Source: Antechinus flavipes
Taxonomy: Eukaryota
Direction of reading: 5' to 3'
DNA length: 64,000 bases
NCBI RefSeq assembly: GCF_016432865.1
Contig: NC_067400.1
Span: 485,150,001 to 485,214,000, forward strand
This document shows positions 12,479-22,439 of this stretch, piece by piece. The position numbers and the translations under genes are program-made. The notes below the pieces were generated by a model, which searched no databases, was not told the origin of the DNA, and saw only the letters and a program-made list of their open reading frames with translations. Position 1 is the stretch's first letter. The number at the start of each line of letters is the position of its first letter.

Positions 12479-14000
12479 GATATAAAGATATTTAGATATA
12501 GTTTGTGTGCACATGTTTTGGCCCATTTAATAGAATACAGAATATTGCCATGCATTTTGACAGGTGCCTATAATCTCAGCTACCAGGAAACCTGATGGAT
12601 CATTTGAACTTAGAGATAGAAAGGGACAATCCCATCAGCTTGTCTAGGAAGGGACAAACTGACCCAGAAACAGAGCAGATCAGTAGTAGGAGTCAGCCCA
12701 TTAACAGCCATTATGTCTTCATTTTGAATGGAAGAAAAACTGTCTTTAAAAAATAATTTTCAAAATAAGGAAAGTTTCTTTGTATTTATATCCTTAGTGC
12801 AAAGCACAGTGCTTGGCACATAATAGACTCTTCATAAATGTTTATTGATTGAAGATAAAAACACAGGCAAGATTCCTAAATCAAGGGTGAGACAAAACAC
12901 AGGCAGTAATGATAGAATCATAAGGTCTTAGAAGTTATCAAATTCGACCCCAAGCAGAATTTCTTTTCTTTTTCAGTTGGAAGCTGGACTCAAAAAATGA
13001 ATTGATTTGACCTCCATTTCTCTGACTGCCACTGTTCTGCTTCAATGCCTAACTAAATATCTTGATATTTTGTTTTGTTTTGTCTTGGTGGAAGCTAAAG
13101 GCAAATTTCTAGTTGTTCAGGCAACTCTTCATATAAATTTTTTTTAATCCCCAAATCATGATACCAATAAATAGATAAGCTGCTCTGAAGTAGCCTATTC
13201 AGTCTATTATTCTAGGAATTACTATTCATTTAGCTCTCTGGTAAATTTGAGCTAATTCCAGACTCATTAAGAAAACATCACTGGAAAGTCATCCCAAATC
13301 AACTTTCTGTGTTCAAGCACTGAACATTTGCCAAGGATAACAGCAGCCTAGTAGGACTATAACCATGCTAAATATTAATAGGAATGGGATTTGAGTATGG
13401 AAACTCAGGGGGATTCAAAGTGAGGTAGTACCTGTGTTACAGGATGAATTCTGCTTCTGTCTTCCAGATTGTTACAAAACTGAAGTGGGCCATTTGCTCA
13501 TTTTCTTCCTTTTTGTGCTTCAGCTTATGACTTAAACTGACAAGGAAGAAAGGCTATGAAAAGACATGCTGACTCTGGAATTTCTCACCGTCAAGTGCAT
13601 TCGGTGGTTTAAATTTATATTAAAGAAGACTAGAGATTACATGAAGACACACTTCCTATAGGAAAGGCTCTGTGGAAAGAACTCTGGCTTGAAAGTCAGA
13701 AGACTTGGGTTTGATCAGAAGCTTGGGCAAGTCCCTTTATTACCTGGAGATTTGGTTCATTCATTTGTAAAATTAGGGAATTAGTCCCAAATCACTTCAA
13801 AGTTCTCCCCCCTCCCTCCCAATTTTAATAGATGAGTATATTCCAGCCCACAATGGTGGTCAAGTCCTTCAGCTTTGGGAACAATAATAATTTTTAGCAT
13901 TTATATAGTGCTTGAAAGTTTGCAAAGTACTTTATATGAGCTGTTCCATTTTATCCTCACAAGAGGGGTAGTAGGTGTGATTATTAATCTCATTTTTACA

Positions 14001-14371
14001 TTTTTCCTTTCTTTTTTTAATACTATTTTATTTTTCCAAACACATGCAAAAAGCTTTCAACATACACCTTTGCAAAACTTTGTGTTCCAAATTTTTCTCA
14101 CTCTTTCCTCCCTCCTCCCTCCCTAAGACAGCAAGCAATCTAATATAGATAAAATATGTGTAATTCTTCTAAACATATTTCCATGTTTATCACACTGCAC
14201 AAGAAAAATTAGAGAAAAAAAAAAAACAAGAAAAAAAAAGCAAGCAAACAACAACAAGAAAAAGGTGAAAATACTATGCTTCAATCCACATTCAGTCTCC
14301 ACAGTTTTCTTTCTGGATGCAGATGGCACAAATCTATTAGAATTGCCTTGGATTATCTCTTTGTTGAAAAG
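14001..14371 (-). mobile_element. LINE-1 3'UTR fragment
   Basis: T-rich tail followed by marsupial L1 3'UTR (tttccaaacacatgcaaaa...gcacaagaaaaatt). Confidence 0.85.
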
Positions 14372-15205
14372 AGTCAAATCCTATCAAACTGTTCACGCCC
14401 TTTGACCCAACAGTGTCTACTGGGCTTATGTCCCAAAGAGATCTTAAAGGAGGGAAACGGGCCCACATGTGCAAAAATGTTTGTGGCAGCCCTCTTTGTG
14501 GATGCCCATCAATTGGAGAATGGTTGGGTAAATTGTGGTACATGAATGTTATAGAATATTATTGTTCTGTAAGAAATGACCAGCAGGATGATTTCAGAAA
14601 GTTCTGGAGAGACTTATATGAGCTAATGCTAAGTGAAATGAGCAGGGCCAGGAGATCATTATATACTTCAACAACAAGATTATATGATGATCAATTCTGA
14701 TGGAAGTTGCTCTCTTCAACAATGAGATGATTCTATACAAAAAGAGAGGACTGTGGGAACTGAGTATGGATCACAACAAAGTATTTTTACTCTTTTTGTT
14801 GTTGTTTGCTTGCATTTTGGGTTTTTTTCCCCATTCTTTTCCTTTTTGATCTGCATTTTCTTGTGTAGCATTATATTTGTGGAAATATGTATAAAAATTG
14901 CACATGTTTAACATATATTGGATTGTTTGCCAACTAGGAGAGGGAGTGAGAGGGAGAGAAAAAAATTGGGGACACAAGGTTTTGTAAGGGTGAGTGTTGA
15001 AAATTATCCATGTAGGGGCAGTTAGATGGCACAGTGAAGAGAGCTCCAACCCTGAAGTCAGGAGGACCTGAGTTCAAATCCGACCGTAGACATTTAACAC
15101 TTTTTAGCTGTGTGACCCTGGGCAGGTCACTTAACCCAAACGGCCTCAGGAAAAAAAAAAAAGAAAATTATCCATGTATATATTCTGAAAATAAAAATTT
15201 TAAAT
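14372..15205 (+). mobile_element. LINE-1 3' fragment (ORF2 C-terminus + 3'UTR)
   Basis: ORF remnants ...LGLCPKEILKEGNGPTCAKMFVAALF and ...LYTSTTRLYDDQF*, followed by 3'UTR. Confidence 0.9.
15015..15162 (+). mobile_element. WSINE1-like short CORE-SINE with a 16-bp TSD, inserted in an L1 3'UTR
   Basis: Perfect TSD gaaaattatccatgta (14999-15014 / 15163-15178), an A-tail, and the tRNA-derived head ggggcagttagatggcacagtg. Confidence 0.92.
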
Positions 15206-15278
15206 TTTTTTTTAATTTTAATTTTAAAAATTTCCATTTTAAAAGGGAATAACAGTAGCACCTACCTCACAGATCATT

Positions 15279-15420
15279 TCTTATAGAACAATAATATTCT
15301 ATAATATTCATATATCATAACTTATTCAATCATTCTCCAACTAATGGGCATCTTCTCAGTTTCCAGTTTCTTGCCACTACAGAAAGGGCTGCCACAAACA
15401 TTTTTGCACATATGGGTCCC
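15279..15420 (-). mobile_element. Short LINE-1 ORF2 C-terminal fragment
   Basis: Reverse complement reads gggacccatatgtgcaaaaatgtttgtggcagcc...ctataagaaatg. Confidence 0.8.
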
Positions 15421-17279
15421 TGGGAAATTTTTTTAAAATTAAAAATAAATTAATTTAAAAATAGACCTTTTGTAAGGTAAAAGTGACTTGTCAAGGGTCA
15501 CATAATTAGTAAGTATCTGAGGTCAGATTTGATGTCTTCTTGATTCCATATCTATCACTCTCTCCATTGTACTGCCCAGATGCTTAATAGCAAGGTCTTA
15601 CTTTAGGAATCAGCGGAATAAGTATCAGATTTCAGGAGCCTAGAAATGGCTTCCTCTGTGAACACAACAGCTGCCCTAACCTTCAATTATTGCTTTGTTT
15701 TTGTTTGTTGGGAGTGAGGGCAGGGTGTGCTTCATTCAAGAAGGCATGGGCAATCTGCTGCTTTAAAGGGTAATTATCCTTTGGATAAATTGTTATTAGT
15801 TTAATCCTATACTACATCCTCTAAGATATTGTCTTGTCCCTGCTCTGCACAGAATATACCTTGGCTTTGGTCCCAGTGCTCCAAATATGGTGATATTTTC
15901 CTGATTAGCCATTAGAATTATTATTCTCATGGAATTCTAGTTTTTGACCCTTGAACTGATTCCTGCTTACTCTGGGACAATCCTGAAAAGGCACATTGTG
16001 CTGAGAGATACCCACCCTTATTTGGGGGTGTTGCTTATGCTTTCACCTGTTAACCACCAGTTAATCACTGGCACATGCTGCCCTCTTCCCATTCCTGAAA
16101 GGGGGAAGGAAAATCAGTCACAATTCACAACCCACCAAAAGCAGACCCATTCCTCCTACTCATCCAATAGCAGAACTTTTCTCCTTCCAACAGTCAGCCT
16201 GGCAGTATGAGGTAGCCAGACACATACACAACGTAAAAACACACCTACACGAGACGTGCAGAAACCGTTTTGGAAAGGAATGTGTGCTTTTAACATCAGG
16301 TAGAGGCAGGGCTTATTCACCAGAACAAGAGTCTCTCCTGGACAGAAAGACAGAGGACTTCCCGTTGTACTGTTTACCCTGGCTAGCTCTGTGTGTCTCG
16401 AGACCACAAGTCCCAAACATTTTTTCTTTTTCTTTTCTTTTTTTTTTTTTGCATAAGTAGTGACTTATTGAGAAGCAATTATTTCTCAGATGTTAGGCTA
16501 AAAGGACTTCCACGCTAAGCTTTCAACAATTTTATAAGACATTGCCAAATTATGAAAACAATCCAAAGACACTTTATAGAAAGAGCCTCTCCAGTTCATC
16601 AGTGGTTTTCCAGGACATCTGAATTGTTCAAGGACCCTTTCCCTCTCTTCAGTCTAAAACCTAGAATTGTTTGGTTAAATTAAAAAGTATTTTTTTTCTT
16701 ATCTAAGGCAGAATATCTTACCATTTACTTTCAGTGAGGCGTAATAATTTGATTGATTTAACCAATCCTCATCTTACTTCTTTTTGGCTGGTGAAACAGT
16801 ATTCTTTGCCTTGAAGAATATGGCATATTGAGCAGTTAAGTTGGCAATGCTACGGAAGAATCATGCAAGGTACAAAGCCCTTTCAACAAAAGTAGCTATT
16901 TTTTGTCTTTTGGTCTGGAATGGATGGGCCTTGGGATGTATATTCATCTAGAGAGAAGGGACCTCCCTGAGGAATAAATCCAGGCTGCTCTATTACAGCA
17001 GAAAGAATCTTTACCTCCAGGCTGATGCTTCTATCTGAAGCTAATGAGGGTGTCTTTCCCAGACAATGGGAAGCCTAAGGAGTAGAGTTCACTATGTATT
17101 CTTAAATGTGTGTCACTACTAAAGCAAATTATTGCTCAGTCACACACTTGGTCCCTGAGTGCTTTATTACATAAGCTACTAAAGGTCTGGACAAGGAAAC
17201 TCTCAACACCAACATTTTTTAGCACTATAAAATGATTGACATCAGAAACAGATATGATTTCATGAACTGATTTGTCTTT

Positions 17280-19391
17280 TTTTTTAATTTTATTTTATTT
17301 AATAATAACTTTGTATTGACAGAATCCATGCCAGGGTAATTTTTTACAACATTATCCCTTGCACTCGCTTATGTTTCGTTTTTTCCCCTCCCTCCCTCCA
17401 CCCCCCCCAAGATGGCAAGCAGTCCTATATATGTTAAATATGTTGCAGTATATCCTAGATATAATACATATTTGCAGAACCAAACAGTTCTCCTGTTGCA
17501 CAGGGAGAATTGGATTCAGAAGGTAAAAATAACTCGGGAAGAAAATCAAAAATGCAAATAGTTCACATTCGTTTCCCAGTGTTCCTTCTTTGGGTGTAGC
17601 TCTTTCTGTCCATCATTTATCCATTGAAACTCAGTTAGGTCTCTTTGTCATAGAAATCCACTTCCATCAGAATACATCCTCATACAATATCGTTGTCGAA
17701 GTGTATAATGATCTCCTGGTTCTGCTCATCTCACTTAGCATCAGTCCATGTAGGTCTCTCCAAGCCTCTCCGTATTCATCCTGTTGGTCATTTCTTACAG
17801 AACAATAATATTCCATAACATTCATATACCACAATTTACCCAGCCATTCTCCAATTGATGGGCATCCATTCATTTTCCAGTTTCTAGCCACTACAAACAG
17901 GGCTGCTACCAACATTTTGGCACATACAGGTCCCTTTCCTTTTTTTAGTATCTCTTTGGGGTATAAGCCCAATAGAAACACTGCTGGATCAAAGGGTATG
18001 CACAGTTTGATAACTTTTTGGGCATAATTCCAGATTGCTCTCCAGAATGGTTGGATTCGTTCACAATTCCACCAACAATGCATCGGTGTCCCCGTTTTCC
18101 CGCATCTCCTCCAACATTCATCATTATTTTTTCCTGTCATCTTAGCCAATCTGACAGGTGTGTAGTGGTATCTCAGAGTTGTCTTAATTTGCATTTCTCT
18201 GATCAATAGTGATTTGGAACACTCTTTCATGTGAGTGGTAATAGTTTCAGTTTCATCATCTGAAAATTGTCTGTTCATATCCTTTGACCATTTATCAATT
18301 GGAGAATGGCTTGATTTTTTATAAATTTGAGTCAGTTCTCTACATATTTTGGAAATGAGGCCTTTATCAGAACCTTTAATTGTAAAGATGTTTTCCCAGT
18401 TTGTTACTTCCCTACTAATCTTGTTTGCATTCGTTCTGTTTGTACAAAGGCTTTTTAATTTGATATAATCAAAATTTTCTATTTTGTGATCAGTAATGGT
18501 CTCTAGTTCATCTTTGGTCACAAATTTCTTTCTCCTCCACAAGTCTGAGAGATAAACTATCCTATGTTCCTCTAATTTATTTATAATCTCCTTCTTTATG
18601 CCTAGATCATGGACCCATTTTGATCTTATCTTGGTATATGGTGTTAAGTGTGGGTCCTTGCCTAATTTCTGCCATACTAATTTCCAGTTATCCCAGAAGT
18701 TTTTATCAAATAATGAAATCTTATCCCAAAAGTTAGAATCTTTGGGTTTGTCAAACACTAGATTGCTATAGTTGACTATTCTGTCTTGTGAACCTAACCT
18801 TTTCCACTGATCAACTAATCTATTTCTTAGCCAATACCAAATGGTTTTAGTGACTGCTGCTTTATAATATAATTTTAGATCAGGTACAGTTAGGCCACCT
18901 TCATTTGATTTTTTTTTCATTAATTCCCTTGAGATTCTCGACTTTTTATTGTTCCATATGAATTTTGTTGTTATTTTTTCTAAATCATTAAAATATTTTC
19001 TTGGAAGTCTGATTGGTATAGCACTAAATAAATAGATTAGTTTAGGGAGTATTGTCATCTTTATTATATTTGCTCGGCCTATCCAAGAGCACTTAATATT
19101 TTTCCAATTATTTAAGTCTAACTTTATTTGTGTGGAAACTTTTTTGTAATTTTGCTCAAATAATTCCTGACTTTCCTTTGGTAGATAGATTCCCAAATAT
19201 TTTATGCTATCAACAGTTATTTTGAATGGAATTTCTCTTTGTATCTCTTGCTCTTGGATTTTGTTGGTGGTGTATAAAAATGCTGAGGATTTATGGGGAT
19301 TTATTTTGTATCCTGCTACTTTGCTAAAATTATGAATTATTTCTAATAGCTTTTTAGTAGAATCTCTGGGGTTCTCTAGGTATACCATCAT
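17280..19391 (-). mobile_element. Young 5'-truncated LINE-1 (about 2.1 kb) with a 20-bp TSD
   Basis: TSD tcatgaactgatttgtcttt at 17260-17279 and 19388-19407 (4 nt shared with the L1 5' end), a TTT/AAAG target on the minus strand, a poly(A)-like tail, retained CpGs and an uninterrupted ORF. Confidence 0.97.
17667..19391 (-). CDS. ORF2: LINE-1 ORF2p C-terminal 574 aa (end of the RT domain, thumb and cysteine-rich C-terminus); truncated, not a functional gene
   Basis: MMVYLENP directly after the FADD catalytic motif, IKYLGIYL, WCWxxCG...HCWWNC-type motif, no internal stops. Confidence 0.95.
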   Translation of the reverse strand: MMVYLENPRDSTKKLLEIIHNFSKVAGYKINPHKSSAFLYTTNKIQEQEIQREIPFKITVDSIKYLGIYLPKESQELFEQNYKKVSTQIKLDLNNWKNIKCSWIGRANIIKMTILPKLIYLFSAIPIRLPRKYFNDLEKITTKFIWNNKKSRISRELMKKKSNEGGLTVPDLKLYYKAAVTKTIWYWLRNRLVDQWKRLGSQDRIVNYSNLVFDKPKDSNFWDKISLFDKNFWDNWKLVWQKLGKDPHLTPYTKIRSKWVHDLGIKKEIINKLEEHRIVYLSDLWRRKKFVTKDELETITDHKIENFDYIKLKSLCTNRTNANKISREVTNWENIFTIKGSDKGLISKICRELTQIYKKSSHSPIDKWSKDMNRQFSDDETETITTHMKECSKSLLIREMQIKTTLRYHYTPVRLAKMTGKNNDECWRRCGKTGTPMHCWWNCERIQPFWRAIWNYAQKVIKLCIPFDPAVFLLGLYPKEILKKGKGPVCAKMLVAALFVVARNWKMNGCPSIGEWLGKLWYMNVMEYYCSVRNDQQDEYGEAWRDLHGLMLSEMSRTRRSLYTSTTILYEDVF

Positions 19392-19579
19392 GAACTGATT
19401 TGTCTTTAAAGAAGATGCATTATTATTTCCCTAAGGACAATGGGATCTTTTCTTCTGACTTGAAAACTCTTATATATGCTATTTTTCCCATTAAAATGTG
19501 AATTCCTTAAGGGAGTTTCCTACTTTTTAGTTTGTATCCCCAGAATTTAGCATAATGCTTTGCACAGAGTAACACTTAG

Positions 19580-19830
19580 TAGGGCAGCTAGGTGGCACTT
19601 GATAGAGTGCCAGACCTGGAGTCTGGAGATTCACCTTCCTTAGTTGAGATCTGATCTCAGTCACTCACTATCTGTGTGAGCCTGAACAAGTCACTTAACC
19701 TTCCTTGCCTCGATTTCCTCATCTAAAAAACTGAGGTGGAGAAGAAATGACCAAGCACTCCAGTATCTTTGTCTAAAAAACCCCAAATGGAGTCACACAG
19801 CCATGACTAAAATGAGTGAAGAACACAAAG
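19580..19830 (+). mobile_element. Mar1-like CORE-SINE following an L2 3' end
   Basis: gggcagctaggtggcac...gaacaagtcacttaacc...ggagaagaaatgaccaagcactccagtatctttg. Confidence 0.8.
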
Positions 19831-19958
19831 CACTAAGGAAATGCTTTTTCCTTCATTCACTAGAAGAGGGAAAAGGCTACTTTACCTATTATAATCCCTT
19901 GAGTTATAAAATTTAGCTTATGCCATGTGTCCCACTGGTGCCAAATTTTGTATAAAAG

Positions 19959-20160
19959 CAGTGGTTCTCAAACTTTGGTTTTCAGTATCTTTATCCTATT
20001 AAAAATTATTGAGGATTTCTCTAAAGCATTTTTGTTTATCTGGATTATATTTATAGACATTTACCACATTGGAAATAAAAACTATTTTTGAATTTGTAGA
20101 CCTTCTAAAAGGGTTTCTGAGATCCCCAGGATTCTCTAGACCATACTTTGAGAACCATTG
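19959..20160 (+). mobile_element. hAT/Charlie4-like MITE, copy 1 (202 bp)
   Basis: TIRs CAGTGGTTCTCAAA / TTTGAGAACCATTG; about 93.5% identical to 34285-34486. Confidence 0.9.
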
Positions 20161-20161
20161 G

Positions 20162-20384
20162 CTGCAACTATTCCTAATAAGATCAGGAGTGAAACAAGGT
20201 TGCCCACTATCACCATTACTATTTAATATTGTAGTAGAAATGCTAGCTTTGGCAATAAGAGTTGAGAAAGAGATTAAAGGAATAAGAATAGGCAATGAGG
20301 AAACCAAATTATCACTCTTTGCTGATGATATGATGGTATATTTAGAAAACCCCAGAGACTCTACTAAAAAAAAAAGTTATTAGA
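20162..20384 (+). mobile_element. Internal LINE-1 ORF2 RT fragment (no 3'UTR, no tail)
   Basis: Translates to [18 protein letters not shown]...[22 protein letters not shown] (RT core, FADD); followed by a second copy of the MITE TIR end. Confidence 0.95.
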
Positions 20385-21679
20385 GAACCACTGGTATAAA
20401 AGAACAATCAACCACCTTCTTATTCCTAGATAATGTCTAAAATTATAAATAACTCAGGATAAAGTGAGGAGTTATTCTTAGTTGTTACTACCCCTACTGT
20501 GGACAAGTTTCTTTTTTGCGTTCATCAGATTGGACTTAGTGTAAGCTAAGTCTGCAAAATGAAAGCAATGACAGATAATATAACTGAGGAATAATAATAC
20601 AGAAAAGTAGCAGAAGCTTGTAAAGTGGATTTCTATTTTGAATGGTATGGCCCCAGTCCTCAAGGACCTATAGGACAAATCTAATAAACCAGGGTCCAGG
20701 TGTTACATCCCCTCTCATCCTCTTACTGAAATGGCATAGTTAGAGTTAAATTCCCTATGTCACTTTCCTCTCTTCCTCACTCATTAGGCAATTTAGAAAA
20801 TATTCTCATTTCATTAATCCCATTTATACTACCATGGATGACAGATCAGTTTCCTATTGATGCCAGCCATCATTTTGTTTTAAACTCTATAAAATTTGAG
20901 CCATGAGGGATTCTGGGTCTTCTTTGCAAAGACACTGTATGGCTCCATATAGTTGCACCCCACTTTATACTGCTTCCATTGGAGGACTTGAAGTGATGGA
21001 GCCCACTAAGACTGTTCACTGTAGAAATCTGTTCTCTTTCTCCCTTCATAAGTAGTAATAAAGTTTTGTTAACTGCCATCCATGTATGGCTCCAAATCTC
21101 TTTTCCCAAGTTATCTCATACTACAGACAGAAAGTAGGAAAGAAGAATAAGAAGATACTAGTGACCTTTCTTAAAGGATGGGAGATTGCTGAATAGGGAG
21201 GAGGAGATTCTGAGAGCAAAGTTCATCTATTCTCCAACTTCACAAAGGGCCAGTTCTAAACAACTACGTAAGCATGTCAAGCTTTAGCAGAACTCTTGTT
21301 ATTGGAAATGGTGCTGTTTCAAAATAATAGTTAGGTTACAAGGAATTCCAGGAAACTCAGTTAGAGGAATCAAATATAAATTGAAAGGTAAGAAAATATT
21401 CTCTTTTCTGGGAAAGTCTCCAGACCTAACTCTTTAATAAGATCAAAGTATGATCCAGGTTCAGCTTTGGAAAAAGAAAAAAGCACTCATCTTAGCATTA
21501 AAAGACATGAATCTATTCAAATCGGATTCTGTCAAATATTAGCTACTTGTCAAAAGTATAAATACCTTCAATGATTCACCAAGCCTACTTCTTAGTCTGT
21601 AAAATGGGAATAATAATATTTGAACTGTCTACTTCATAAACCTGTGGTGAAAAATTGCATATAAGGCTATATTAATTGA

Positions 21680-22170
21680 ATAAGGAAATTTTACTGTATC
21701 TGTTGTGTGCCAGACACTATTCAAGTTACTGAGGATAAAAATACAAAAAGTGCGAGTTCTTGCTTTCAAGGAGCTTATACTCTATTGGGAATATAATATT
21801 GTCACAGTTAAGTATATACAACTTAGACAAAATAAATTCAAAGTGAAAGGAACACTAAAATTCAAAGAAATCAGAAAAAAACACAGACATAATCAAAGCT
21901 TGAAAAATACTAGATGTTCCATGAATCAAAAGTGAAGGAGAGAATTCTGGGAATGCAGAAACAGCATGTAGAAAAAGCATGGGGGGGATGTTATTTGTGA
22001 AGGACAGAAATAAGACCTGTTAGGCAGGAACAAAGATCTCAAGGAAGGCAGTGATGAGTGAAAAATTGGAGAAGTAGGTGGAGTCAAATGATGAATGACT
22101 CTAAATGTCAAACTCAGAAACTTATATTTTATTCTAGAACAAGAAACTAGAGATTCAATTGAGCTTTTTT
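21680..22170 (-). mobile_element. L2 fragment
   Basis: tgtgccagacactatt...tttcaaggagcttatactctattggg, the reverse of an L2 3' region. Confidence 0.65.
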
Positions 22171-22439
22171 GAACAGGGTCAGACCAATTAGGAGGGATTG
22201 CTGTCTAAAATAAAAAATAATTAGGACACTGAAAAGGAGTCTGTATTAAAATTCATCATTGAGAATAAGAGGAAATTGTGTTGTAGTTCTGCATGCACCC
22301 TAGTTTGAGAAAGAACAGATAAAGGGGTTTTAAAAAAAAAAAGGATAAATTTGAACCTGGGGTCTGGTTGTAAACAGAAATTTGTATCAAAGTAGAAAGC
22401 TCTCAAGATTGAAATTCAGAAGACACAAACAATAATTAA

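Noticed and set aside
13430-13660. Strong splice-acceptor-like signals on both strands
   Set aside because: Every frame I tried closes quickly and I found no consistent donor pairing or recognisable peptide
14001-15205. Head-to-head L1 pieces suggesting a twin-primed 5' inversion
   Set aside because: Both pieces contain the same 3'UTR region and each has its own 3' end; no shared TSD was found
19340-20384. The RT fragment as the inverted 5' part of the young L1
   Set aside because: It lies outside that L1's TSDs, about 770 bp away, and differs at 5 or more positions in the 50-nt overlap
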